Shown here: in pieces, positions 36,804 to 45,621 of the stretch | Numbering within the stretch: the first letter of the stretch is position 1 | How the letters are laid out: each line of letters starts with the position of its first letter | DNA from: a virus | Taxonomy: Duplodnaviria; Caudoviricetes | DNA length: 63,319 nucleotides | Reading direction: 5' to 3' (one strand) | IMG/VR virus record: IMGVR_UViG_3300044833_000023 | Coordinates: 1-63,319 of that record | Program-made: the position numbers and the translations under genes | The notes under the pieces: model-generated | Told to the model about the DNA's origin: nothing | Database searches by the model: none | What the model saw: only the letters and a program-made list of their open reading frames with translations

Positions 36804-37215
36804 TTTTTTTTGGCTCTCCCTGCGCCTGGGCGGCAGCGAGGGTGATCGTCACGGGCGGTAGCGGCGTCGGAGCCGGGTCAGTCAGCGCCGGCCCGCCGTT
36901 GCTGAACTGCCCGATACCTGACATCAGATCGTCGGCCTCCGCGTTGATCGCGGCGGCGATCTTCTCCGCCTGACCAGCGGCGCTACCGAGGTTATCGACC
37001 GCATCGCCGATCTTGGAGTGGGCGTCTGCCACGCGAGCTTTCGCCTGGGCGATCATGTCTTTGATGGAGCTGGACAGATGGCTTGCGCCGGTGATGGACA
37101 TTGGACGAACCTTTTTGTTGCGGGACTGGCGGGCTTCTCGGCTCAACTGGAGCATCGCGGCCGATAGATCGCGGCGCGCTGCGTAGAAGCGCATCTCATC
37201 GTGTCGGGTGGTCAT
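36787..37215 (-). CDS. Hypothetical coiled-coil protein
   Basis: ATG overlaps the terminase TAA. Confidence 0.55.
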   Translation of the reverse strand: MTTRHDEMRFYAARRDLSAAMLQLSREARQSRNKKVRPMSITGASHLSSSIKDMIAQAKARVADAHSKIGDAVDNLGSAAGQAEKIAAAINAEADDLMSGIGQFSNGGPALTDPAPTPLPPVTITLAAAQAQGEPKKNEGSL

Positions 37216-38999
37216 TAGCTGTCGGCGTAGACGCGAGCCTCGGCGGCGCGCGACTCGAACATGATCGGAGCCTTGGGCTCCATGTCGTAGATGCGCGAGC
37301 AAGCGTCGATCAGATCGTCGTGCGGCGCGAAGGGATGGAAGACCGCTTCCTCGATAAAGGCGCGGGTCAGGTCGTAGACGTCGCCGGTTTCGTCGCGGCG
37401 CTTGAGCGCGGTGACGATGCGGTGGCGGGCCCCAGACGCTGCAAGGCCGCGCTGGGCCTTGGTGAAGTCCACCATCGGGCGGTAGATGATGGTCCCGACG
37501 GCCGGGTTATCTATTTGCCCGGCGTCTTCCGCGAGCTTCTGGTTCTCGGCGCTCCAGACTTCCCAGAGCGACGACTTGCCTTGCAGCCCGCCGTAGTCCG
37601 GGTGGTAGACAACGGCCGGCAGATGAAACAGGCCCTTGCCCATGTCGGGTTCGAGCCGTTCGATGCGGTCGTTCTTCGAGTGCTTGCCGTCCTTGGTGGA
37701 CCCAAGTTCGTCGATCTGGAACTGCCGGTTCTCTTTTTCCTGCAATTCCTGAATGACTTCGAGGTCACTCTGCATCCCGTACTGCTCGTAGCCGACGCGG
37801 CACATCTGGACGCCGGGATGGTTGGTCCACTTGGCCTCAAGCTGCTTGATCTTCTGCCACCGCTCGGAGAGCTTCATCCGGTGCCGGTAGCCGTCGATCA
37901 GGTACTTGTTGCCGCCCTGGTCGATACCGATGACGGCGATCGCGGTGCGGTCCGAGCGTTGCGTGCGCCCCTTCGACGGGTCGCAGAGGATGTAGACGTT
38001 CATCACCGACGGCAGCACTTCGTAGTGCCGGAACGACGTCGCGGTGAATGTTGCTTCGTTCGATGACGTCGGGTTCAGAAGCATCTGAGCCGATACCGTC
38101 GACCGCTGGGTGAGCTTGACCTCGTTCCAACGCTTGTCGGTCATCAGGATCGGCTTGCCCTTGAGCGTGCCGTCATGTGTTGCCGGGTATCGCCGCTCCT
38201 TCAGCGTCTTGCGCTCCAGCATGATGCCGTAGCTGTCGCCGAACGAGTATCGCGTGCCCCAATGCCATTTGCGGGTGCCGCCCAACTGCCCGAGGTTGTC
38301 GGACAGTTCCCACCGTTCCGTCACCTTCTTAATCATGTCGGGGTTGCCGACCAACTTCTCGGTGACGAGATCGTCATAGTCCAGAAGCCGGAAGTGCTTG
38401 CCGGTTGGCATCGCGTCGATGATGCCGTGGGCCTCGACCGTCGCTTCTCGCGGGTTACCCCTGCGCTTGACGACGAGACCTTCTTCACGCGACCAGCGCG
38501 GCGCCTCCTTGCGGGGATGTTTCCAGAACACATCCGAGTGGATGCGCTTCAGATCATCGTTGTTCTCCAACTCCTGTTGGATTTGCAGGAGAAACGGCTT
38601 TGCCACGTCGCCGGTGCAGGACAGGATCGCGACCGTGATCTCGGGGTCAATGATGACCTCCTGAATGATCCCGGCGAACGTCCCGATCGACGACTTGTAG
38701 TGATACCGCGCCCACAGATCGAGGCGCCCATCGGGCTGCGCTTCAACCTCGCGGCAGCGGTCGTAGAGCCATGGATGCCAGGCATCCTGCCGGTGCAGCG
38801 TGACTGTGAGCAGGTAGAACCTGTCATTGGCATTGAGCAGCGCGCGAGCGGCGTCGCTGATTTCGTCGCCATCCTCGCGGACGAAATTCATCCACTGATT
38901 GAAGTCGAGGTACGGCAGGTAGTCGGTAATGAACTCGCCAATGCCGGGATCAGCGGCTTCAGCCGCCTCTAAGTACCGTCCGCCCTTTAGCTTTCGCAC
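37215..38999 (-). CDS. terL: Terminase large subunit
   Basis: RYHYKSS (Walker A-like), TGKHF..DYDDL (Walker B), GTRY coupling motif, nuclease CDPS..SDRTA..HDDLIDA. Confidence 0.9.
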   Translation of the reverse strand: MRKLKGGRYLEAAEAADPGIGEFITDYLPYLDFNQWMNFVREDGDEISDAARALLNANDRFYLLTVTLHRQDAWHPWLYDRCREVEAQPDGRLDLWARYHYKSSIGTFAGIIQEVIIDPEITVAILSCTGDVAKPFLLQIQQELENNDDLKRIHSDVFWKHPRKEAPRWSREEGLVVKRRGNPREATVEAHGIIDAMPTGKHFRLLDYDDLVTEKLVGNPDMIKKVTERWELSDNLGQLGGTRKWHWGTRYSFGDSYGIMLERKTLKERRYPATHDGTLKGKPILMTDKRWNEVKLTQRSTVSAQMLLNPTSSNEATFTATSFRHYEVLPSVMNVYILCDPSKGRTQRSDRTAIAVIGIDQGGNKYLIDGYRHRMKLSERWQKIKQLEAKWTNHPGVQMCRVGYEQYGMQSDLEVIQELQEKENRQFQIDELGSTKDGKHSKNDRIERLEPDMGKGLFHLPAVVYHPDYGGLQGKSSLWEVWSAENQKLAEDAGQIDNPAVGTIIYRPMVDFTKAQRGLAASGARHRIVTALKRRDETGDVYDLTRAFIEEAVFHPFAPHDDLIDACSRIYDMEPKAPIMFESRAAEARVYADS

Positions 39000-39599
39000 T
39001 CAATCGACCATTCCCGCGGACTTCTTGAAACGATCTATCGCATCACGCACCGGGGTCGGCTTGTTCACCGTGCCCTCAATGACGCGGGGATCGCCGTTCT
39101 GCGGGGCCTGATCCGTTCCGCCGACGTGCTTGACTTGCGACGCCTCAGTAATCGCGTGTAGCAATCTAGCAACGTCGCCCGGAGACTGGAGGGTCAACGG
39201 CCCGATCATCGCGGCGAGTTCTTCGCCCACAACGATCCCGGCAATCAACCCAACCTGCTGCATCCTCGCCTGATTTTCGGCAACGGTGCAGAGGTACAAC
39301 TCGTCTATTCGCGCCAGCCGGCGCTCGACCATGGTGGTCACGTCTTGCATGGCGGCCTCGACCACTTCCTTCGTGGGAGGCGTCTTCGGTTTCTTGGGGG
39401 CCGTTTTCTTTGTGACCACCAGCGACCTCTCGGCCTTCTTTACGCTCGGCTCGGCCCATTTGTTCTTCTTGAGCCGTTGGACGGCCTTGTAGTTTATGGC
39501 GAAGCCCTTCGTCACCAAGATCGCAACGACCTTGGGCGCGCTCGGGTTGACGGTGGCCTCCCACGTCGCCCTGACCAATGCTGCCGATGGCTTCTTCAT
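39000..39599 (-). CDS. Putative terminase small subunit
   Basis: Basic HTH-like N-terminus; directly upstream of terL. Call rests mostly on position. Confidence 0.5.
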   Translation of the reverse strand: MKKPSAALVRATWEATVNPSAPKVVAILVTKGFAINYKAVQRLKKNKWAEPSVKKAERSLVVTKKTAPKKPKTPPTKEVVEAAMQDVTTMVERRLARIDELYLCTVAENQARMQQVGLIAGIVVGEELAAMIGPLTLQSPGDVARLLHAITEASQVKHVGGTDQAPQNGDPRVIEGTVNKPTPVRDAIDRFKKSAGMVD

Positions 39600-40321
39600 G
39601 TGAGGCCGGCCGGGATCGTCGCCGGGCCTGCGCTCGCATCGGCCTGTAGAATAGGTGCCGCAGCCGGTGGAGCGTCCCTTCTCACACCGGACTGCGGCGG
39701 TGCCTGCTCAGTTACGGGCGGCACACTCGCGGGCGGGGACGTCGCTGCTGTCTGAATTGGTTCGCCGTAGGATGATGGCGGCTTGGTGTCGGTCTCGACC
39801 GGCTCGCCGTAGCTGCTCGGTAGCACCTGCGGTCTGGTATCGAAGGTCTTGGCGCGCTTCTCGACATCGGCCATGACGGACCGATTGAGTGCGCCGACGG
39901 TGCCAGCCTTCGCAAAGTGCGGGTTTTGCGCCATCTCGTTCGGTGTGAACACGGCGTCGACGGGCGTCTGCGGGTCCATGCCCATCATCCTCGCAGCGCG
40001 CGCGCCGCCGAAATGGTGACCGGCGTATGCTTCAGCGTCGGTCGGTTGACGGCCGAGAACGGTCGCCATCTCGCCCTTTACGTCCTTGATGAAGCCGGTC
40101 CAAGCCTTCGCCTGGGCGTATGGATCGGCACTGTTGCCGGCGCCGTAGGCCATCCGGTGATCGCCGCGCATCTGAAACACACCAGCGATGGTCCTGCTCG
40201 CGCGCGCCTGCGGATTGAAGGCGCTCTCACGTTGGGCAATCGCCAGCGCGTACTTCGGGTCTACGCCGCCCTCACGGGCCGCCTTGACGATGGCGGCCTT
40301 GACGGCTTCGACGTCGGTCAC
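39596..40321 (-). CDS. Lytic transglycosylase (SLT) domain protein with a Pro-rich tail
   Basis: IAQRESAFNP..AGVFQ..YAGHHFG motifs. Confidence 0.82.
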   Translation of the reverse strand: MTDVEAVKAAIVKAAREGGVDPKYALAIAQRESAFNPQARASRTIAGVFQMRGDHRMAYGAGNSADPYAQAKAWTGFIKDVKGEMATVLGRQPTDAEAYAGHHFGGARAARMMGMDPQTPVDAVFTPNEMAQNPHFAKAGTVGALNRSVMADVEKRAKTFDTRPQVLPSSYGEPVETDTKPPSSYGEPIQTAATSPPASVPPVTEQAPPQSGVRRDAPPAAAPILQADASAGPATIPAGLT

Positions 40322-40325
40322 GGGC

Positions 40326-40538
40326 CTATATTCTTCGCGTTACGACGAGCGTGCAACTCGCCTCGGTCAAGACGATCGCGAACGGCATCATCGCCTTGGT
40401 GTATCCGGACGCACGAGCAGCGGCCTCATCACCCATTGTTTTGCAGGTATGCTGGTCGTACTGGACCCGCGAATGCATATTGAAGCTGTTGCGCTCGCCC
40501 GGCAGGATGATCGTGATGACGACCAGAAAGGCGTACAT
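40326..40538 (-). CDS. Small hypothetical protein with hydrophobic N-terminus
   Basis: TGATG coupling to the upstream ORF. Confidence 0.5.
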   Translation of the reverse strand: MYAFLVVITIILPGERNSFNMHSRVQYDQHTCKTMGDEAAARASGYTKAMMPFAIVLTEASCTLVVTRRI

Positions 40539-40744
40539 CAGCGCTTGGCTTCCTCGATCACCAGGCGCCGGGAACTATGGACGTGGACCTCACGGGTCTC
40601 GGTCGGCCTCAGCGTGAAGCTGTCCGCCTGCTTCCAGGCGTCGGTATGCTTCTGCGTCGCGAAGTCGAAGACCTTATCCTCGACGGACACGTCAACCGAC
40701 CATGGGCTCTGATCGGGACATGCAATTACTACCTTGGTGGTCAT
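40538..40744 (-). CDS. Small hypothetical protein
   Basis: GAAAGG RBS; first ORF after the RNA cluster. Confidence 0.6.
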   Translation of the reverse strand: MTTKVVIACPDQSPWSVDVSVEDKVFDFATQKHTDAWKQADSFTLRPTETREVHVHSSRRLVIEEAKR

Positions 40745-40776
40745 GAGACCCTTTCTCGTGGGACGTTAGAGTGAAT

Positions 40777-40884
40777 TGGCATCTGACGGCTGGGTTCGCG
40801 CGCTTCGACCAGCAACCTCCCCTCATGCCTGCCGCTATTCACGGTTCCGGGTGATCGGGGTGCTCTCATTGAGCTACGTCAGAT
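40777..40884 (-). ncRNA. tRNA-like RNA with 8-bp acceptor stem and expanded anticodon and T loops
   Basis: ATCTGACG-TA-GCTC-AATGA-GAGC-A-CCCC-(34 nt)-GGGG-AGGTT-GCTGG-(15 nt)-CCAGC-CGTCAGAT-G-CCA. Confidence 0.6.
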
Positions 40885-41008
40885 ATAGCGCTCCTTGGTC
40901 CGCAAGGCCGTCGATCGACCGACCGCTGCGTTCGTCTCGTCACAGGCAGAGCTTGCGCCGGAAACTACCGACTGTGAACCGCCCCGTGGCGTCGAGCCAA
41001 GGATACTG

Positions 41009-41083
41009 TGGAGCCCGAGGACAGAGTTGAACTGCCGACCCGCTGTTTACAAAACAGCCGCTCTACCACTGAGCTACTGGGGC
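41009..41083 (-). tRNA. tRNA-Thr(UGU)
   Basis: GCCCCAG-TA-GCTC-AGTGGTA-GAGC-G-GCTGT-TTTGTAA-ACAGC-GGGTC-GGCAG-TTCAACT-CTGTC-CTCGGGC-T-CCA; one C-C mismatch in the acceptor stem. Confidence 0.9.
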
Positions 41084-41136
41084 AATTGGTTGACCGGCAT
41101 TTCACCGGCCGGCGAGATCACATGGCCTCGCTGAAT

Positions 41137-41173
41137 TGAAAACCCCGCCGCAGTTCGCACCTGCGACGGGGGT
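41137..41173 (-). terminator. Terminator-like hairpin upstream of tRNA-Thr
   Basis: Minus strand reads CCCCGTCGCAG-GTGCGAA-CTGCGGCGGGG followed by TTTT. Confidence 0.55.
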
Positions 41174-41496
41174 CTGGAAGCAGAAAGAATGAGACTTGCG
41201 GTTGTTCTGCCCGTCTGCGGCTTTACCCGCCGGGGCTCATGTAACCCTCCTGGGTGGATGGGCTTGGTGAACTAGGGGTTTCGGTGGCGTCCTACCCTAC
41301 TTGCTGCTGAGCTATCTCAGTTAGACGATGACCTCCTGGGCCATAGGGAGTCGAACCCCAATTTCCACCGAACTGTTCGACGGGCAATCCCGCCATGTGT
41401 TTTTGGTCTAAGTGATTTGCGAGTCGGCTACAAGAGCCAGCATACCGCAATGTCAACTCTAATTTGCGTGGTCCACCGTTTTCTTCGCACTCCAAA

Positions 41497-42129
41497 TCAG
41501 TGAGCGACGTAGCACCGCTGATAGACGAACCGCTCGGGCAAGACGGCCGGCAGGCGACTACTCAACCGGCAAAGCGCCGCGGCGACGGTCGCGAGCGGGC
41601 CTGCCTTGCGATAGGCGTTGAGGTTGCGCCACTCAATGCACGACATGCCGTGCCTGGCGAACGTGTCCTCGATCCCGCCGTGAGTGAAGTACGTCCGATG
41701 CTCGTTCGAGCCGATGATGGGCCCCGAGAGGATGAAGGTCTTGCCCGCGTGCTCGGTCGCCAGCTTTCGGAAGAACGCTTCCTGCTCGCTCGGCGAGAGG
41801 TAATAGAGGCATTCGATGGCGGCTACGACGTCGTAGCCGGCAAAGCTGATGCTCAGAAAGTCCGACGCCTCGAACGTCGCGTTCGGAAGCGAGAGGGCGC
41901 TCGCGCGCGATACCGCGATGGGGCTGATGTCGACGCCCCTGATGTTGCGGGCGCCCCGAAAGACCGATGCGGTCAAGTGCCCCTCGCCGCACCCGAGCTC
42001 CAGGACGGACTTGCCGGCGACGTGAGGCTCTATGATCGCTGACAGCGCCCGGTCCCGACGCGATGCGCGGCCGATCGCCCAGGGATCAGGAGATCGGTAG
42101 TAGCTATCGAAGTCGCTGGCGCTGCGCAT
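41497..42129 (-). CDS. Class I SAM-dependent methyltransferase, NodS-like
   Basis: N-terminal DPW, VLELGCGEG motif I, GVDIS, YDVV..ECLYYL. Confidence 0.8.
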   Translation of the reverse strand: MRSASDFDSYYRSPDPWAIGRASRRDRALSAIIEPHVAGKSVLELGCGEGHLTASVFRGARNIRGVDISPIAVSRASALSLPNATFEASDFLSISFAGYDVVAAIECLYYLSPSEQEAFFRKLATEHAGKTFILSGPIIGSNEHRTYFTHGGIEDTFARHGMSCIEWRNLNAYRKAGPLATVAAALCRLSSRLPAVLPERFVYQRCYVAH

Positions 42130-42149
42130 GGCGGGGTTGTATCACGCCT

Positions 42150-44626
42150 TCAGAGCAGCTTCCACGCCCATTTGGCGTTCTCGATCTGACGATCGTGGGT
42201 GTACGAGCCAGTCCGGTAGGTCACGCTATCGGGGCAGTCGGCGCCGAGGACGCCAAGCGGCAGCGGCAGCGGGTTCTCGACCACATTGACGTACATCACG
42301 CCGTTCCCGTGCGAGATACGCTGCCCGTCCATCGGTCCACCTTCGGCCTTGCCGTGGTACGTCACAGCATCCTCCGCGCTTCGTTGAGCGAGTGGATCAG
42401 CATCTCGGTCTCGGTCGCGAGCGCGTCGGCCGGCGCCAAGGTGGTGTCGATCGACGTCGGTAGATGGATCGAGAACGGCGCGCCGTCCACGGTCTTCTTG
42501 ACTGCGAACAGGTCCGGATGCTCTGCAAACGGCGGCAGAACGATCAGTTCCGGCGCGTTCGAGGCCGCGATCGGGAGGGCTTGGTCGTAGTTCATTTGGC
42601 TGTCTTTCGTTTGGCTGCGAGGATGAATTCCCCGCATTCTCTCTCGGTGGCGCCGACAACGGGATAGGCGCTGCCGCCTGAAACCTGTATGGCGGGCGGG
42701 TATCGGAAGCAGTTGCCGACTTGGACGGTCTCGCCCTTGCCGTTCTTGCCCTCGCCGATCGTGACGTAGCTGTGGCAGTCTTTGCAGGTCTTCATGGTTT
42801 TGCTTTCTCCTTCTTGGTTTCCTCGGCCGTCAGTCGGGCTTCGAGGCGCTTGAACGACGCCCGGATTTCGTCGGGGGTGATGGGGAGGCGCTTCGCGGCA
42901 TGGCGACCGATGCCGTCGATGATGGCGAGGTCGAGCAGCCTCTCGCTGATCTTCATCGCGCCCCCTCCGTCTTGACATACCGGAGCGTGATCTCTTCCCC
43001 GTGCTTGAACAGGCGCATGTCGTAACCCTCGCCCGGCTTGAGGTCGGCTAGGTCGTAGACGGTCGAGATGAACTGGTTGCGAAGGGTCTCGCGACCGAGC
43101 CTTGTGTCTTTTACGGTTAGACCGGCCATCAGCTTATCTTCTCGAAGTAGATGCCGAGCTTTCGGGTGGGCGGCCCCGGATCGCCGGGTTCGCGGACCGC
43201 TGGAGGCTGACCATTGGGCGACTGCGGCGCTTCCTGCTTGGTCTCCTTGTTGAGGTTGTCGCGGTCGAGTTCGTGGTTCAGTTCGCTCATGAAGCCATGA
43301 TCCTTAAAAGCGCCGCGCTGCATTCGGCTATATCGTCGCTGGGCCGCAGCAATCCATGCCGAGCGAAGGCCGCATCCACATCAACTAAATCTTCGGGGTG
43401 AAACTTTTCACCCTTCAGTCTGTCGGCCGCCTCCGCCAGCACGTCACCAATCATATCGCTCATGCGGGTGCGCCTTCTTTGAATACGAGGACGCCGGGCA
43501 ACGGCCCGACGCTGACCATGATCGGCGGGTGCAGGTTCATACAGAACAGGCGGATGTGGACGTTGGCCCCAGCGTTGAGGGCTTCGAGCTCGGCCGGCGT
43601 CGGCGTCCAGGCCGTGAGCATAGTGTGGACCTTGCCGAGGTTCTTTTCGTCGCAGAGTTCATCGCGGATCGGCAGGCCGATGAAACCCTGCTGCTTGCCG
43701 ACGATGCGGGTGGCGCCTTCGACCATGGCGACGATCATCGGATGCCCCACATTTCGCTCTCAAAGTCGAAGCCGCTCGGCAGGATCACGGCGACGTCTGA
43801 CCTGAATTCCTTGCCGTGCCTGGCATCATCGCGAGCCGATCGGACGCAGGCATTGGCCTCGAATATCCCGACTCCGATGTCCATCGCCATGCGCCTGTGC
43901 GTGCGTTCGATCATTTCAAACCGCTTGCCGATGGTGTCCAGTTGGCAGAGTTCTTGGTAGCCGATCATCTGCGCGGCCGAGTAGATACGGACCCTCTTCT
44001 CCGGATAGACCTTGAAGCCGCGCTTCTTGAGTATCGCGATCAGGCTGTGGTCGGGCAGCACCAGTCGTTCGAGCGCGACGGCGATCGCTGGGTTGCCGTC
44101 GATCATGTTGATTGCATCCGGCAGGCTGTCATCGATCATGGCTTCACCTTCTTCTTCCCGCTCGCGGTGTTGCCCATCAGGTCTTCGCGGGCGCCGTGCT
44201 CCTTGCCCGCGTAGGGGATCAGCTTCTTGCGCTTCTTGGTGGCCTCGCCGAGCGCGCGCTGTGCATCGGCCTTCGGGCTGGGCGTGCGGTTCATTGCACT
44301 TCCTCCAGACGCCTCGCCTCGGCCCCGTTGTTGCGCCTCTGCCACGGGTTACGCATCAGGTCGTAGGTGTGCGACATGTTGAGAACGCCGCGGTCCCTCG
44401 CCGGCTTGGTGCGCTCGAAAGTGGTCGATGCCGCTTTGCGCCAGTCGGCAACGGACGGCAACTTTGCGACCATGCTGACGCTCCTTTGATGCGAGACCGT
44501 CCGCCACCCCTTGGTGGCGTGCATCTCGGTCGCGACGGTGTGCCTGGTGACGATCCACGGTTGCCCGTAGATGCCTTGCGCTGTCTGGTAGACCTCGACC
44601 CTGCGGCCAACGATGTGCTTGGACAT
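42150..44626 (-). CDS. Run of small coupled hypothetical genes (e.g. 42150-42365, 42362-42595, 42592-42795 Cys-rich, 43460-43738, 43735-44139, 44136-44294, 44291-44626)
   Basis: Chain of ATGA/GTGA/TGATG overlaps; no recognisable domains. Confidence 0.55.
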
Positions 44627-45198
44627 CAACCCCTCCCGTGCTGTTCGTCGATACCGAACGCCTTGGCGACCAGCGACAAGACGGCTGCGCAGGATGCGCG
44701 ATGGTTGGCGGGCGGCTCGATCTCCAGAATGCAGAGGTTGTCGAGCATCTCCTTGGCCCCATGGAACGGCGCGATGACCTTGGCCAGCTTGTTGTAGTGG
44801 CGTTTGGCCTTGCGCGCGTCGGCCAGGTATTGATCCATGGTGCCGTCGGACGCCCGTCTCTCTAACTCCTGATCCTCGCCACCCGAGCCCAGAGCGTAGT
44901 TCTGCGCGCGCGCCGTGCGGGACTTGGTGTCGGTGTGGAAGCGGTCGAACCTGCGCATGATGTCGGCGTAGCGGCGTGCCGCCATGCCCTGCGTCGGGGT
45001 CAGGTGCTTGAAGTAGACCCAGCGCGTGACCGGCGTGCCCATCCCGGGATCGCTCCCGACCGCTCTCACGAGGTCGTCGAGGTTGTCCACGACCCGCTTC
45101 CACCCCACGTTCTCGCCGCCGCGCTTGCGTTTCATGCGGGATGATCCGCTCTCGCGCTTCGGTTTGACGGCTGAGATCGACATTGCCTGTGCGTTCAC
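44626..45198 (-). CDS. Putative late-gene transcription regulator (Q-analogue)
   Basis: LTPTQGMAARRYA helix resembles rhizobial prophage late regulators; lies upstream of the late region. Inference. Confidence 0.4.
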   Translation of the reverse strand: MNAQAMSISAVKPKRESGSSRMKRKRGGENVGWKRVVDNLDDLVRAVGSDPGMGTPVTRWVYFKHLTPTQGMAARRYADIMRRFDRFHTDTKSRTARAQNYALGSGGEDQELERRASDGTMDQYLADARKAKRHYNKLAKVIAPFHGAKEMLDNLCILEIEPPANHRASCAAVLSLVAKAFGIDEQHGRG

Positions 45199-45207
45199 TT
45201 GATACCC

Positions 45208-45621
45208 TTATGCTGCGATGAGCTTGAGGAAAGCGGTGCGGGCCTTCTTCGCCCCCGGCCGTCTGGCGTTCACGCGAGCCTTCTTCGCCCAAGTGTCGTG
45301 GGCCTCTTGGATTTCGTAGATCGCGTCCTGCTCGTCCTTGCCGCGGCATTCGACAAGCTTCTCATCGACCAGATAATCGAAGGCCATCGAGTTGGCGGTA
45401 AACGTCGCGCGGTGCGTCTTGTGCGCGATCAGGGACTTGAGCGTCGCGTCAGTCATCGCCGCGCCGACGGGGCAGCGATAGCAACCAAGCGCGTAGAAAC
45501 ACTGGCGATCCCGCGGGCTGCGGTGCTGCGCCGTCAGCGTCCGGGCCTTGTAGGCCCTGCGGGCTGCGGCCTTAACGCCCTTGACGGTGAGGACTTGGGG
45601 TTTCGTTGCGAGTTTGCTCAT
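45208..45621 (-). CDS. Hypothetical protein (CPVG..Q.AHD.W)
   Basis: Coupled ORF. Confidence 0.6.
   Translation of the reverse strand: MSKLATKPQVLTVKGVKAAARRAYKARTLTAQHRSPRDRQCFYALGCYRCPVGAAMTDATLKSLIAHKTHRATFTANSMAFDYLVDEKLVECRGKDEQDAIYEIQEAHDTWAKKARVNARRPGAKKARTAFLKLIAA

Noticed and set aside
40777-40884. Calling the tRNA-like element tRNA-Sec, tRNA-Met or an intron-containing tRNA
   Set aside because: No UCA anticodon or long variable arm; the CAT triplet does not sit in a proper 5-bp stem with 7-nt loop; 34 nt is far too short for a group I intron.
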